A stretch of 64,000 nucleotides of DNA from Anaerolineae bacterium (GCA_027021705.1 JALUTT010000181.1:1-64000); one strand, 5' to 3'; counted from the stretch's first letter, positions 18,985-29,938 are shown. Made by a program: numbers and translations. Notes: generated by a model not told the origin, from the letters alone.

Positions 18985-19710
18985 ATGAACCGGATGGTAG
19001 AGCCCCTGTTACGGGTTCAGGAGTTGAGCGTCGCCTATGGGCCGATCCGGGCGCTGCACGCCGTCTCGTTGACGGTGGCCCCGGGGGAGGCGGTCGCCAT
19101 CTTGGGGGCCAACGGCGCCGGCAAGTCCACGCTGATGAAGGCGCTGATGGGCTGGCTCACGCCCCAGGCCGGCGCCCTCTACCTGGACGGCGAGGAGATC
19201 ACCCGGCTGCCGGCCTGGGAACGGGCGGCGCGGGGCTTGGCCCTCGTGCCCGAGGGCGGGCGCGTCTTCCCTGACCTCACCGTCGAGGAGAACCTGCGGC
19301 TGGGGGCCTATCTGGAGCCGACGCCGGCCGCCCTCCGCCGGGGGCTGGAGCGGGTCTTCGCCCTTTTCCCCGTCCTGGCCGAGCGGCGACGGCAGCGGGC
19401 CGGCACCCTCAGCGGCGGGGAGCGCCAGATGCTGGCCATCGGGCGGGCCGTGATGCGCCTCCCCCGGCTGCTCCTGGTGGATGAGGTCTCGATGGGGCTG
19501 GCCCCGCTGCTGGTGGAGACGGTCTTCGACGCCCTGCGCGACCTGCGGGCCCAGGGCATCGCCCTCCTCCTGGTCGAGCAGAACGCCCACGAGGCCCTGC
19601 GCGTCGTGGACCGGGGCTACGTGCTGGAGAACGGCCACCTGGTCCTGGAGGGGCCGGCCGACGCCCTGCGCCGCGACCCCCGCGTCCAAGCTGCTTATTT
19701 GGGGGGGTAG
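18985..19710 (+). CDS. livF: Liv-type ABC ATP-binding protein (LivF-like)
   Basis: GANGAGKST, VPEGGRVF, LSGGERQMLA, LLVEQN, AYLGG. Confidence 0.9.
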   Translation: MNRMVEPLLRVQELSVAYGPIRALHAVSLTVAPGEAVAILGANGAGKSTLMKALMGWLTPQAGALYLDGEEITRLPAWERAARGLALVPEGGRVFPDLTVEENLRLGAYLEPTPAALRRGLERVFALFPVLAERRRQRAGTLSGGERQMLAIGRAVMRLPRLLLVDEVSMGLAPLLVETVFDALRDLRAQGIALLLVEQNAHEALRVVDRGYVLENGHLVLEGPADALRRDPRVQAAYLGG

Positions 19711-19768
19711 ACGATTCCCCCGTTCTTGTGCCTACGTGGGAGCACAAGGATTCCCTCCGGCCTTGCCG

Positions 19769-19796
19769 TTGACACATCCGTGGTATCACGTATAAT
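19769..19796 (+). promoter_or_regulatory. Consensus sigma70 promoter
   Basis: TTGACA-N16-TATAAT, upstream of the repeat dimer and PIN TA module. Confidence 0.75.
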
Positions 19797-19874
19797 ACCA
19801 TAGCTGACAAGGCAACCAAGGTCACAAGCCGTTTCACAGCTATTACCTCATCAAACGGACTTTGCCAAACCGCT

Positions 19875-20093
19875 TGCGGAATCGTCGTCTCTCATCCGCT
19901 CAATCCGTTTTCCAATCTGTTGACAGTTATCCGCTCCAAGACGAACGGCTGTCAACGGATTCGGGGAGCGGATTGAACGGATTGCCTGCGGAGTCGTCGT
20001 CTCTCATCCGCTCAATCCGTTTTCCAATCCGTTGACAGTTATCCGCTCCAAGACGAACGGCTGTCAACGGATTCGGGGAGCGGATTGAACGGA
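19875..20093. repeat. 112-bp tandem duplication of a palindromic repeat unit
   Basis: Units start at 19875 and 19987; each has the inverted arms ATCCGCTCAATCCG..GTTGACAG / CTGTCAAC..CGGATTGAACGG. Confidence 0.9.
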
Positions 20094-20150
20094 GAAGGGT
20101 GCTCCCATAGGAGATGAACCAACGGGTCGGAATCACCTTGATGAGGTACT

Positions 20151-20585
20151 ATGAGGAAGCTCCAAATAGTCATAGATACCAGCGTGTTCATTGCTGCCCT
20201 CCGATCCCGCCGGGGCGCATCTCACAAGCTGCTCTTGCTTCTGGGAGACGAGCGATTTGAGATCAATGTCTCGGTGCCACTGGTGCTGGAGTATGAAGCT
20301 GCGGCACGAAGATTGGCTTCGGCCGGAGAGATTTCCCTGTCTCTGGATGACATCGAGGACATCTTGGATTACATCTGTGCGGTAGCCAATCGGCGGAAGG
20401 TGTATTACCTTTGGCGGCCTGTCTTAAAGGATCCAAGAGATGAGATGGTCCTTGAACTGGCTGTTACAGCAGGTTGCGAGTACATTGTAACCTTTAACAG
20501 GAAAGATTTTGGGGGAGCAGAGCAATTCGGCCTTCGAGTGGTGACACCTGCGGAGTTCCTACGGGAGATAGGAGAGCTGCTATGA
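20151..20585 (+). CDS. PIN-domain toxin
   Basis: IVIDTSV, LEYE, DPRDEMVLELA, IVTFNRKDF acidic PIN motifs. Confidence 0.9.
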   Translation: MRKLQIVIDTSVFIAALRSRRGASHKLLLLLGDERFEINVSVPLVLEYEAAARRLASAGEISLSLDDIEDILDYICAVANRRKVYYLWRPVLKDPRDEMVLELAVTAGCEYIVTFNRKDFGGAEQFGLRVVTPAEFLREIGELL

Positions 20586-20818
20586 GCGCAATCAGTGTCC
20601 GGTTACCGGAATCCCTCCATGAAGCGGTGCGGGAGTTGGCCAAGCGGGAGAAGGTCTCGATCAACCAGTTCATCACGCTGGCTCTGGCGGAGAAGGTGTC
20701 GGCCCTGATGACGGAGGAGTACCTGGAGGAGAGGGCCAGGCGGGGGGATCGGACCAAGTTTGAACGGGCGATGGCCAAGGTGGCCGACGTGCCCCCGCCC
20801 GAGGAGGACCGCCTGTAG
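20582..20818 (+). CDS. Ribbon-helix-helix (HicB-like) antitoxin
   Basis: ISVRLPESLH...EKVSINQFI..ALAEK; ATGA-coupled to the PIN gene. Confidence 0.88.
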   Translation: MSAISVRLPESLHEAVRELAKREKVSINQFITLALAEKVSALMTEEYLEERARRGDRTKFERAMAKVADVPPPEEDRL

Positions 20819-20919
20819 CCGGCCGCCCTATCCCCGTCCCGGGAAGCCCGCTGCCCGCTGCACACCGCGCCGCGCATCGGTACGTCGGTAGGTGGTGAGA
20901 GAAGAAAGGAGGTGGACCG

Positions 20920-22566
20920 ATGAGACGAGTGATCCGTGCGCCCCGAGGGACGCAACTGCACTGCAAGAACTGGCTCCTGGAGGCTCCCTACCGGATGCTC
21001 CAGAACAACCTGGACCCCGACGTGGCCGGCGACCCGGAGAACCTCATCGTCTACGGGGGGCGGGGGAAGGCCGCCCGCAACTGGGAGGCCTTCGAGGCGA
21101 TCCTGCGCACCCTGGAGACGATGGAGGTGGACGAGACGCTGTTGGTCCAGAGCGGCAAGCCCGTCGCCGTCTTCCGCACCCACGAGGATGCCCCCCGCGT
21201 CCTCCTGGCCAACTCCAACCTGGTTCCCAAGTGGGCCACCCAGGAGGTCTTCGACGAGCTGGAGCGCAAAGGGCTCATTATGTACGGGCAGATGACGGCC
21301 GGCTCCTGGATCTACATCGGCACCCAGGGCATCCTGCAGGGGACCTACGAGACGCTGGGGGCCGCCGCCCGCAAGCACTTCGGCAGCAGCTTGAAGGGGA
21401 AGTGGGTGCTGACGGCCGGCCTGGGCGAGATGGGCGGGGCCCAGCCCCTGGCCATCACGATGAACGAGGGGGTGGGCCTCATCGTGGAGGTGGACCCCCG
21501 CCGGGCCGAGCGCCGGCTGCGAACCCACTACGTGGACGAGATCGTGGACGACCTGGATGAGGCGCTGCGCCGGGTGGAGCGCTACCTGGCCCAGGGCGTG
21601 GCCCGCTCCATCGGCCTCATCGCCAACGCCGCCGACGTCTACCCGGAGCTGGTGCGGCGGGGCATCACCCCCGACGTGGTGACCGACCAGACGCCGGCCC
21701 ACGACCCGCTGATGTACGTGCCCCGGGGGCTCTCCGTTGAGGAGGCGGAGGCGCTGCGCCGGCGCGACCCCGACGACTACACCCGGCGGGCGATGGAGAG
21801 CATGGCCGTCCACTGCGCGGCGATGGTCGAGTTCCAGAAGCGGGGGGCCGTCGTCTTCGACTACGGCAACAACCTGCGCCAGCGGGCCTACGACGCCGGC
21901 GTCGAGGAAGCCTTCTCCTACCCCGGCTTCGTTCCCGCCTACATCCGCCCGCTCTTCTGCGAGGGCAAGGGGCCCTTCCGCTGGGTGGCCCTCTCCGGCG
22001 ACCCCGAGGACATCTACGCCACCGACCAGGCCATCATCGAGATGTTCCCGGAGAACGAGCACCTGGTGCGCTGGATCAAGATGGCCCAGAAGCGGGTGGC
22101 CTGGCAGGGGCTGCCGGCCCGCATCTGCTGGCTGGGCTACGGGGAGCGGGCCGAGGCCGGCCTCCGCTTCAACGAGATGGTCGCCCGGGGCGACATCAGC
22201 GCCCCCATCGTCATCGGGCGCGACCACCTGGACGCCGGCTCCGTCGCCTCGCCCAACCGGGAGACGGAGGGGATGTTGGACGGCTCCGACGCCATCGCCG
22301 ACTGGCCGCTGCTCAACGCCCTGCTCAACGCCGTCGGCGGGGCCACCTGGGTCAGCATCCACCACGGCGGCGGCGTCGGCATCGGCTACTCCATCCACGC
22401 CGGCCAGGTCATCGTCGCCGACGGGACGCCGGAGGCCGCCCCCCGGCTGGAGCGGGTGCTGACCACCGACCCCGGCCTGGGCGTCGTCCGCCACGCCGAC
22501 GCCGGCTACCCCGAGGCCATCGCCTTCGCCAAGAAGCACGGCATCAAGATGCCGATGTTGGAGTGA
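20920..22566 (+). CDS. hutU: Urocanate hydratase
   Basis: [59 protein letters not shown]. Confidence 0.97.
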   Translation: MRRVIRAPRGTQLHCKNWLLEAPYRMLQNNLDPDVAGDPENLIVYGGRGKAARNWEAFEAILRTLETMEVDETLLVQSGKPVAVFRTHEDAPRVLLANSNLVPKWATQEVFDELERKGLIMYGQMTAGSWIYIGTQGILQGTYETLGAAARKHFGSSLKGKWVLTAGLGEMGGAQPLAITMNEGVGLIVEVDPRRAERRLRTHYVDEIVDDLDEALRRVERYLAQGVARSIGLIANAADVYPELVRRGITPDVVTDQTPAHDPLMYVPRGLSVEEAEALRRRDPDDYTRRAMESMAVHCAAMVEFQKRGAVVFDYGNNLRQRAYDAGVEEAFSYPGFVPAYIRPLFCEGKGPFRWVALSGDPEDIYATDQAIIEMFPENEHLVRWIKMAQKRVAWQGLPARICWLGYGERAEAGLRFNEMVARGDISAPIVIGRDHLDAGSVASPNRETEGMLDGSDAIADWPLLNALLNAVGGATWVSIHHGGGVGIGYSIHAGQVIVADGTPEAAPRLERVLTTDPGLGVVRHADAGYPEAIAFAKKHGIKMPMLE

Positions 22567-22568
22567 CT

Positions 22569-23569
22569 TAGTACAGCTTTGCGTAAATGTGTTCCTGGTT
22601 TTGACTAGCCGGCCAAATGGGGTATACTTGGGCCAGGAGGTGAACGATGCCAGGACCTCAGCCCAAGTACCCCATCCAATTGACGCCGGAGGAGGAGAAG
22701 GAACTCCGCCAATTGGTCAACTCTCCCAAAGCGCCCCAGGGTCTGGTGATGAGAGCCCGCATCATCCTGGCGGCGCACGATCATCCCGGCTGGAGCAACC
22801 GGCAGATTGCCCGAGAAGCGGGCTGTACCGACCGGACGGTCCGGAAGTGGCGGCGGCGATGGGTGGAACGGCGCAGCATCGAAGATCTGCCCAGGCCGGG
22901 GGCTCCCCGGCGTTTTCCCCCCTGAGGTGCGGGCCCAGGCCACGGCGCTGGCTTGTAGTATGCCCCAGGAGGAGGGGGTGCCCCTGGGGCGGTGGAGCTA
23001 CGCCGAGATCGCCCGTCGGCTCGTTGCCTTGGGGTTGGTCGTTTCCATTGCCGTCAGCACCATCGCCCGCTGGCTGGCCGCCGAGAAGCTGAAGCCGTGG
23101 CGCTACCACACCTGGCAGCACATCTTGGACCCCCGGGCCTTCTTGGAGCGGGCTCGCCCCATCCTGAACCTCTACCGGAAGGCTCAGGCCCTGTGGGAAG
23201 AAGGCGTATGGGTGGTCTGTGTGGATGAGAAGACTTCCCTTCAAGCTCGCCAACGGAAGCCTCCTCCCGAGCCGGCCATTCCGGGGCAACCGGTGCATAT
23301 CCCCTCCCGTTACCGGCGCCGTGGGGCCTGGCAACGGTTCGCCGGATTGAGCGTGGTGGATGGGATGGTCTTTGGGCAATGTTGGGAGCGAAAGCGCTTC
23401 GTGGACTTCCAAGCTTTCCTGCTGGAGACGCTCTTCCCGGAGGCCTTGAAGCGGGGGGGTCGCACCCTGGTGCTGATCTTGGACAACAGCACCACCCACG
23501 CCCCCAAGCAGTGGGAAGGATGGCTGCAGGAACAACTCGATAGGAACGAACTTGTGCAAAGCTGTACTA
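22569..23569 (+). mobile_element. IS630-family insertion sequence, C-terminally defective
   Basis: Imperfect 26-bp TIRs GTACAGCTTTGC(GTAAATGT/ACAAGTTC)GTTCCT flanked by TA on both sides; HTH ORF plus DD ORF inside; TTGACT-N16-TATACT promoter at 22601-22628. Confidence 0.92.
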
Positions 23570-23577
23570 AGGACTGA
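22647..23577 (+). pseudogene. IS630 transposase in two frames (orfA 22647-22925; orfB to 23577), lacking the catalytic Glu region
   Basis: [32 protein letters not shown] and LILDNSTTH (two Asp motifs); runs into the right TIR before any SWLNxIE motif. Confidence 0.8.
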
Positions 23578-23597
23578 AAACCACAGGAGCGTTTGCT

Positions 23598-25178
23598 ATG
23601 TCCACCAAGAATCCTTTCAAGCTGACCTACGCGACAATGTTCAGCCCGCCTGAGGAACTGCACACCCGCTACGAAGCCGCCCTGGCCGATGTCCGGGCCC
23701 GGCTGGGCCAGGAGCACGGCATGCTCATCGCCGGCCAGGACCGCTTCGCCGAGGAGAAGTTCGAGGACCGCTCCCCCATAGACACCAGCCTGGTGCTGGG
23801 CCTCTTCCAGAAGGGCACCCGCAAGGACGTGGAAGACGCCCTGGCCGCTGCCCGCCGGGCCTTCCCCCACTGGAGCCGGATGAAGTGGCAGGACCGCGTG
23901 GCCCTGATCCGCAAGGCGGCCGATCTCCTCGACGAGCGGATCTTTGAGATCGGGGCCGTCCTCTCGCTAGAGGTGGGCAAGAACCGGATGGAAGCGCTGG
24001 CCGACATCGCCGAGGCCATCGAATTGATGCGCTACGCCTGCCACCAGATGGAGAAGAACCACGGCTTCATCGTGGAGATGGGCCGCGATCCGCTGGTAGG
24101 CTACCGGGCGACCAACGTCTCCGTGCTGCGCCCCTACGGTGTCTGGGTGGTGATCAGCCCCTTCAACTTCCCCGCCGCGCTGACGGGAGGGCCGGTGGGG
24201 GCCGCGTTGGTGGCGGGCAACACGGTGGTGATGAAGCCGGCTACCGACACCCCTTGGACCGCGCGGCTGCTGGCCGAGGCCTTCCGAGACGCCGGCTTCC
24301 CCGACGGGGTCGTCAACTACGTCACCGGCCCCGGCAGCAGCGTGGGCCAGGCCCTGATCGAGAGCCCGGAGGTGGACGGCATCACCTTCACCGGCTCCTA
24401 CGACGTGGGGATGCAGATCTACCGCACCTTCGCCCAGGGGGTCTATCCCCGCCCTATCATCCTGGAGATGGGGGGCAAGAATCCGGCCATCGTCTCCCGC
24501 AACGCCGACCTGGAGCGGGCCGCCCTGGGCATCGTCCGCTCCGCCTTCGGCCTGCAGGGCCAGAAGTGCTCGGCCTGCTCGCGGGTCTACATCGAAGCGC
24601 CCGTCTACGACGCGCTGGTGGAGCGGATCGTCACGCTGACCAACAAGCTGACCATCGGCGATCCCACCCGGCGTGAGGTCTTTATGGGGCCGGTGATCAA
24701 CCGGCGGGCCTACCAGGACTTCCGGGCCTACACCGAGGAGCTTTCCCAGGCCGGCACCTTCCTCACCGGTGGCCGGGTGCTCACCGAGGGCGAGTACGCC
24801 AAGGGCTACTTCTGCACGCCCACGGTGGTGGCCGACGTGCCTGTGGACCATCGGTTGTGGAAGCATGAGATGTTCCTCCCCATCACGATGGTGCACAAGG
24901 TGAACGACCTGGAAGAGGCGATGACGCTGGCCAACGATGTGATCTATGGCCTGACGGCCGGCTTCTACGGCTCCAAGGAGGAAGCCGCCTGGTTCTTCGA
25001 GAGGATCGAGGCCGGCGTCACCTACGTCAACCGACCCCAGGGGGCGACAACGGGGGCCTGGCCGGGTTACCAGCCTTTCGGCGGCTGGAAGGCCTCGGGG
25101 GCCACCGGGAAGAACGCCGGCGGCCACTACTACCTGCCCCTCTACCTGCGGGAGCAGGTGCAGACGATCATCGAATAG
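23598..25178 (+). CDS. Aldehyde dehydrogenase, 1-pyrroline-5-carboxylate dehydrogenase-like
   Basis: ISPFNFP, FTGS, LEMGGKN, GQKCSACSR, YGLTAG, TTGAWPGYQPFGGWKASG. Confidence 0.88.
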   Translation: MSTKNPFKLTYATMFSPPEELHTRYEAALADVRARLGQEHGMLIAGQDRFAEEKFEDRSPIDTSLVLGLFQKGTRKDVEDALAAARRAFPHWSRMKWQDRVALIRKAADLLDERIFEIGAVLSLEVGKNRMEALADIAEAIELMRYACHQMEKNHGFIVEMGRDPLVGYRATNVSVLRPYGVWVVISPFNFPAALTGGPVGAALVAGNTVVMKPATDTPWTARLLAEAFRDAGFPDGVVNYVTGPGSSVGQALIESPEVDGITFTGSYDVGMQIYRTFAQGVYPRPIILEMGGKNPAIVSRNADLERAALGIVRSAFGLQGQKCSACSRVYIEAPVYDALVERIVTLTNKLTIGDPTRREVFMGPVINRRAYQDFRAYTEELSQAGTFLTGGRVLTEGEYAKGYFCTPTVVADVPVDHRLWKHEMFLPITMVHKVNDLEEAMTLANDVIYGLTAGFYGSKEEAAWFFERIEAGVTYVNRPQGATTGAWPGYQPFGGWKASGATGKNAGGHYYLPLYLREQVQTIIE

Positions 25179-25265
25179 GGAGCGCCGGAGAAAAACGCGA
25201 ACCGACTCCCCCCGTAGGTGGGGCGAGCGTTGGGCACCGGTGAGCGGATGGGGGATCCTCAGGGG

Positions 25266-26540
25266 ATGAACGAGGACCTACTACGTCGGTTGCGCCAACT
25301 GGGCGTCGTCAAGGGGACGGGCCGGCTGAAGCCTCCGCCGCCACCATCCCGACCTGTCCCCCAAGCCGAACTGCCCGGGGAAACGGTCGAGACCCCCTAC
25401 GGCCCCTGCCACGTGGTCGAGACCCGCTATCCAGGGGATCACCGCCACGGCCCCACCCCTCTCCGGAGCCTGCTCGACTGCCCATCGGCCACGCTGGCCC
25501 ACCTGGCCGACTTGCCGGACCTGGCGGAGGTGGACCTGAGCCGGCTCCTCTTCCTGGACACGGAGACGACGGGGCTCGCCGGCGGAACGGGCACCATCCC
25601 CTTCCTCGTCGGCCTCGGGCGCTTCGAAGGCGGCCAGTTCGTCCTGCGCCAGTACTTCCTGCGCGACCCCGATCAGGAGCGGGCGATGCTCCACCTGCTG
25701 TCCCACCAGATGGAACAGGCCCAGGCTCTGGTCAGCTTCAACGGGCGGGGCTTTGACCTGCCGATCCTGGAGACCCGCTTCCTCCTGGCCCGCCGGCCCG
25801 CCCCCTTCCTCCAACGGCCTCACCTGGACCTCCTCCCCTTGGCCCGGCGGCTCTGGCGCATCCGGCTTCCCTCCCGCGCCCTCACCGCCCTGGAGCAGGA
25901 TGTGCTGGGGGTTCGCCGGGAGCAGGCGGACGTCCCCGGCTACCTCATCCCTTTCCTCTATCGGGATTACCTGCGCAGTGGCAACGTCGCCCCCATCCGG
26001 CGCATCCTCTACCACAACGTTGTGGACATCCTCTCGATGGTCACGCTGACGGAGACGCTGAGCCGCTTCTGGGCCGATCCCGAGGCGGCGGGATTGGCCC
26101 CGACCGATCGGTACAGCTTGGGACGCTGGTACGAAGCCCGGGGGGAGGTGGAGGCCGCCGAGCGAGCCTACCGGGCCGCCCTGACGAGGGAACTGCCCGC
26201 CCCGATCCGGCGGGCCGTCCTGCGCCACCTGAGCTTCCTGCTCAAGCGGCAGGATCGGCGCTCCGAGGCAGTTCCTCTCTGGACCCAACTGGCGGAACTG
26301 GGCGAGGCCGAGGAAGAGGGGGAAGGGGATGCCGTCCTGGCCTGCGTTGAGCTGGCCAAGTACTACGAATGGCACGCCCACGACATCGGGGCGGCCATCA
26401 CCTGGTCCCGGCGAGCCCTAAGGGTGGTGACCGGCTGGCCGCCCGGTCCTCATCGTGAGCGGGTCGAAGGGGAACTGCGCCACCGGCTGGGACGGCTGGA
26501 GAGGAAGGCGGGGGAAAGGCTAATGGTGCAGGATCTGTGA
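25266..26540 (+). CDS. YprB/MrfB-like RNase H-fold (DEDD) exonuclease with C-terminal TPR
   Basis: [39 protein letters not shown]; start uncertain (25218-25266). Confidence 0.85.
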   Translation: MNEDLLRRLRQLGVVKGTGRLKPPPPPSRPVPQAELPGETVETPYGPCHVVETRYPGDHRHGPTPLRSLLDCPSATLAHLADLPDLAEVDLSRLLFLDTETTGLAGGTGTIPFLVGLGRFEGGQFVLRQYFLRDPDQERAMLHLLSHQMEQAQALVSFNGRGFDLPILETRFLLARRPAPFLQRPHLDLLPLARRLWRIRLPSRALTALEQDVLGVRREQADVPGYLIPFLYRDYLRSGNVAPIRRILYHNVVDILSMVTLTETLSRFWADPEAAGLAPTDRYSLGRWYEARGEVEAAERAYRAALTRELPAPIRRAVLRHLSFLLKRQDRRSEAVPLWTQLAELGEAEEEGEGDAVLACVELAKYYEWHAHDIGAAITWSRRALRVVTGWPPGPHRERVEGELRHRLGRLERKAGERLMVQDL

Positions 26541-27296
26541 CAGGAAGAGCTTGGTCCGATCGTGCTTGGGGTTCTCGAAGATCTCCTCCGGCGTCCCTTC
26601 CTCCACGATGGTCCCCTGATCGAAGAAGATCATCCGGTCGGCCACCTCACGGGCGAACCCCATCTCGTGGGTGACCACCAGCATCGTCATCCCTGACTGG
26701 GCCAACTCCCGCATCACGTCCAGCACCTCCTTGATCATCTCCGGGTCCAGGGCGGAAGTAGGCTCGTCGAAGAGCATGATCTTCGGCTGCATCGCCAGGG
26801 CTCGGGCGATGGCCACCCGCTGCTGCTGGCCGCCGGAGAGCTGGGCCGGATACTTGTGGGCTTGATCCTCCAGCCCTACCCGCTCCAGCAGCTCCATTGC
26901 CACCTCCTCGGCCTTCGCCCGAGGCCACTTCCGCACCCAGATGGGAGCCAGCGTGATGTTCTGGAGCGCCGTCAGGTGGGGAAAGAGGTTGAAGGACTGG
27001 AAGACCATCCCCACCTCGCGCCGGATCGCCTCGATGTTGCGCAGGTCGTTGGTCAACTCGATGCCGTCCACGATGATCCGGCCCTTCTGGTGCTCCTCCA
27101 GCCGGTTGATGGTGCGGATGAAGGTGGACTTGCCCGATCCTGAGGGACCGAAGATGACCACCTTCTCCCCCCGCCGGACGGCGGTGGTGATGCCCCGCAG
27201 GACGTGGAAATCTCCAAACCACTTGTGCACGTCTTGGCAGATGATGATGTAGTCGTCCGCCATCTCCTGGGCGGACGTGACGGGCTCTTTGGCCAT
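26520..27296 (-). CDS. Polar amino acid ABC ATP-binding protein (AapP/BztD-like)
   Basis: [33 protein letters not shown]; start MAKEPV after GGAGG. Confidence 0.93.
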   Translation of the reverse strand: MAKEPVTSAQEMADDYIIICQDVHKWFGDFHVLRGITTAVRRGEKVVIFGPSGSGKSTFIRTINRLEEHQKGRIIVDGIELTNDLRNIEAIRREVGMVFQSFNLFPHLTALQNITLAPIWVRKWPRAKAEEVAMELLERVGLEDQAHKYPAQLSGGQQQRVAIARALAMQPKIMLFDEPTSALDPEMIKEVLDVMRELAQSGMTMLVVTHEMGFAREVADRMIFFDQGTIVEEGTPEEIFENPKHDRTKLFLSQILHH

Positions 27297-27338
27297 CAAT
27301 CCCTCCTCCTGCAAACCCCGATAGACGAATCCCAGAGG

Positions 27339-27434
27339 CCCTCCCGCAGGTTCCCCCTACGGCTGAAGCGTGTCATAGGCGGTCTCCGATATAAGCCATG
27401 GCTCCCGCCGGGCACTGCGTGACCTGCGGGAGGG
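27339..27434. repeat. REPIN/MITE-like element, CCCTCCCGCAGGT family (copy 3)
   Basis: Same TIR; interior similar to the copy at 44364-44458. Confidence 0.85.
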
Positions 27435-27441
27435 TGGGTCC

Positions 27442-28611
27442 CTACCGCTCGCCGACGCCCAGGGCCACTTCCAGCCGTCGGCTGGCGTAGGACATCGCGT
27501 AGCTGAAGACGAAGTAGACGAGGGCGAGGAAGACGTAGACCTCCCGCTGGAGGCCCAGGAAGTCCGGGTTGGCCAGCACGCTCTTGCCGATCAAGACCAG
27601 ATCCAGCAGGCCGATGATGGAGACCAGCGAGGTGTCCTTGAAGAGGCTGATGAACTGGCCGACGATGGCGGGGATGACGTTGCGCAAGGCCTGGGGGAGG
27701 ACGATCAGCAGCAAGGTCTGGAAGCCGTTGAGCCCCAGCGCCTTGGCCGCCTCGATCTGCCCTTCGGGGATCGCCTGCAGGCCGCCCCGCACGTTCTCGG
27801 CCGTGTAGGCGGCGGAGAAGAGGGTGATGCTGACCATCGCCCGCACCACCTGGTCCACCCGCACATCCTCGGGCAAGAAGAGGGGAAGCATCAGGCTTCC
27901 CATGAAGAGCACCGTCACCAGCGGGACCCCTCGCACGACCTCGATGAAGGCGATGCTGAAGAGCCGGATGGCCGGCAGGGCACTCCGCCGCCCCAAAGCC
28001 AGCAGGACGCCGACGGGGAAGGAAGCACCGATGCCCACAATGGTCAGGATGAAGGTCAGTAACAGCCCTCCCCAGCGCTGGGTGCTGATGGGGGGCAACA
28101 CCCCTCCTATCCCGGCCACGATCAGGAGGATGAGGGGAAAGGAGGCGACCCAGCCGATTACGCCCCAGCGGGGGGAGACCCGCTGGCCGATTCCGTAGCC
28201 GGCGGCCAGGACAACCAGGTTGCCCAGCAGCCAGAGGCGCACCGGCAGGGGAAAGGGGAGCAAGGCCAGCACGGCGAAGGCAGCGGCCAGGGCGACGGCG
28301 AACTGGCGCATCGCGCCGCCCCACAGCCCCCAACTGAGGCCCATCAGCAGGGAGACAATCACCACGCACAACGCCGGCCGCCAGACCTGATCCGGTGGGT
28401 AGGGACCGACCATAAAGAGCCGCAAGTTGGCGGTGATCACCCGCCAGTCGGCCTCGGTCAGCGCCCAGCGCAACGTGCCGCCCAGGACCACGTAGAGAAT
28501 CCACAAGCTCAAGAAGGTGAGCAGCGCGTTGTACCAGGTGCTGAAGAGATTCTTGCGCAACCAACCGATCGGCCCCAGCGAGATACGAGGAGGACCCGCG
28601 TACTCAGCCAT
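27442..28611 (-). CDS. Amino acid ABC permease (AapM/BztC-like)
   Basis: WLRKNLFSTW, WGGLLLT, RGVPLVTVLF, AENVRGGLQAIP.GQ.EAA, FKDTSL. Confidence 0.92.
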   Translation of the reverse strand: MAEYAGPPRISLGPIGWLRKNLFSTWYNALLTFLSLWILYVVLGGTLRWALTEADWRVITANLRLFMVGPYPPDQVWRPALCVVIVSLLMGLSWGLWGGAMRQFAVALAAAFAVLALLPFPLPVRLWLLGNLVVLAAGYGIGQRVSPRWGVIGWVASFPLILLIVAGIGGVLPPISTQRWGGLLLTFILTIVGIGASFPVGVLLALGRRSALPAIRLFSIAFIEVVRGVPLVTVLFMGSLMLPLFLPEDVRVDQVVRAMVSITLFSAAYTAENVRGGLQAIPEGQIEAAKALGLNGFQTLLLIVLPQALRNVIPAIVGQFISLFKDTSLVSIIGLLDLVLIGKSVLANPDFLGLQREVYVFLALVYFVFSYAMSYASRRLEVALGVGER

Positions 28612-29811
28612 CTATCGCTCCACAAAGGCAATGCGACGGTTGTAGAGGTTCATCAGAATCGCCGTGGTCAGGCTCATCGCCAGGTAAGTCCCCATGATCA
28701 GCACGATGATGGGGACCGGCCTTCCGGGCTGGTGGTTGTAGATCACCCCACCGATGAAGTAGAGATCCGGGTAGGCGACGGCCACCGCCAGGCTGGAATT
28801 CTTGGCCAGGTTCAGGTATTGACTGGTGAGGGGCGGAATGATGACCCGCAGGGCCTGGGGGAAGATGATGAGGCGCAGGGCCTGCATGTTGGAGAAACCC
28901 AGGGCGCGGGCAGCTTCCACCTGCCCCTTGCGCACCGAGAGGATGCCGGCCCGTACCACCTCGGCGATGAAGGCCCCCGTGTAGACGACCAGTCCGATCA
29001 ACAGAGCGCTGAACTCCGGCGAGAGGTTGGAGCCTCCCTTGAAGTTGAACCGTTGCAGCACCGGCGTCTCTACGGTGAAGGGCCGTCCCCCGGACAGGAG
29101 GACCCCCAACCCGAAGAGGACGACGAAGAGGCCGAAGCCCACCAGGCCGGGGTGGCGTTCTCGGCCCGTCTCTAACTGTTGGACGAGCAGGATGCGGTAG
29201 ACGACCAGCCCGATCACCAGGCCGGCGGCGAAACCGATGGCCCACAGACGAAAAGCGGGGGTGGGGTGCAGGGCAGGGATCGTGATGCCCCGCTGATGGA
29301 GGTAGATGGGGCCGGGCAACTGAATGCTCTCCCGGACCGGCGGGAACTTCTGGATGACGGCGAAGTACCAGAAGAAGAGCTGCACCAGCAGCGGCGTGTT
29401 GCGGAAAATCTCGATATAGGCAGCGGCAATCTTGTTGACCAGCCAGTTGGTGGAGAGGCGGGCAACCCCAGCGATGATGCCCAGGAGCGTGGCGAGGATG
29501 ACGCCCAGGAGGGAGACCCGTAGCGTGTTCAACACGCCCACCAGGAAGGCTTTGCCGTAGGACTCTGAGGGGTCATAGGGGATGACGCTTTCCTTGATGG
29601 CAAAGCCGGCCTCCAGTTTCAGGAAATCGAAACTGGTGGACATCCCCCGACGGGCCATCGCCTGGGTCAGGTTGGCGTAGAGCAGGCCAACGATAATGAC
29701 CACGGTCAGAACGAAGGCCACCTGGGCCAAGACCCGCAGCACCCGCACATCGCGCCAGAAGGGGATGCGTTGGGGCTGGGCGATGGGGATGGTCCCAATG
29801 GATCGTTCCAT
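28612..29811 (-). CDS. Amino acid ABC permease (AapQ/BztB-like)
   Basis: FRNTPLLVQL, AFIAEVVRAGI, QYLNLAKNSSLA; start MERSIG. Confidence 0.92.
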   Translation of the reverse strand: MERSIGTIPIAQPQRIPFWRDVRVLRVLAQVAFVLTVVIIVGLLYANLTQAMARRGMSTSFDFLKLEAGFAIKESVIPYDPSESYGKAFLVGVLNTLRVSLLGVILATLLGIIAGVARLSTNWLVNKIAAAYIEIFRNTPLLVQLFFWYFAVIQKFPPVRESIQLPGPIYLHQRGITIPALHPTPAFRLWAIGFAAGLVIGLVVYRILLVQQLETGRERHPGLVGFGLFVVLFGLGVLLSGGRPFTVETPVLQRFNFKGGSNLSPEFSALLIGLVVYTGAFIAEVVRAGILSVRKGQVEAARALGFSNMQALRLIIFPQALRVIIPPLTSQYLNLAKNSSLAVAVAYPDLYFIGGVIYNHQPGRPVPIIVLIMGTYLAMSLTTAILMNLYNRRIAFVER

Positions 29812-29868
29812 AAAGCTCCCTCGCGTTGTCGTGGCGAATCGGAAGCTCCGACAGGGCATATGCCCGGT

Positions 29869-29907
29869 CTGGGGGGTGCCTTCCGGCAACCCGGAAGACA
29901 CCCCCAG
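29869..29907 (-). terminator. Strong intercistronic hairpin downstream of the binding-protein gene
   Basis: CTGGGGGGTGCCTTCCGG-CAAC-CCGGAAGACACCCCCAG; no clear U-tract, so possibly an mRNA-stabilising stem. Confidence 0.5.
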
Positions 29908-29938
29908 AAGTTACGACCCTATAGCCCCCTCCAGGGCT

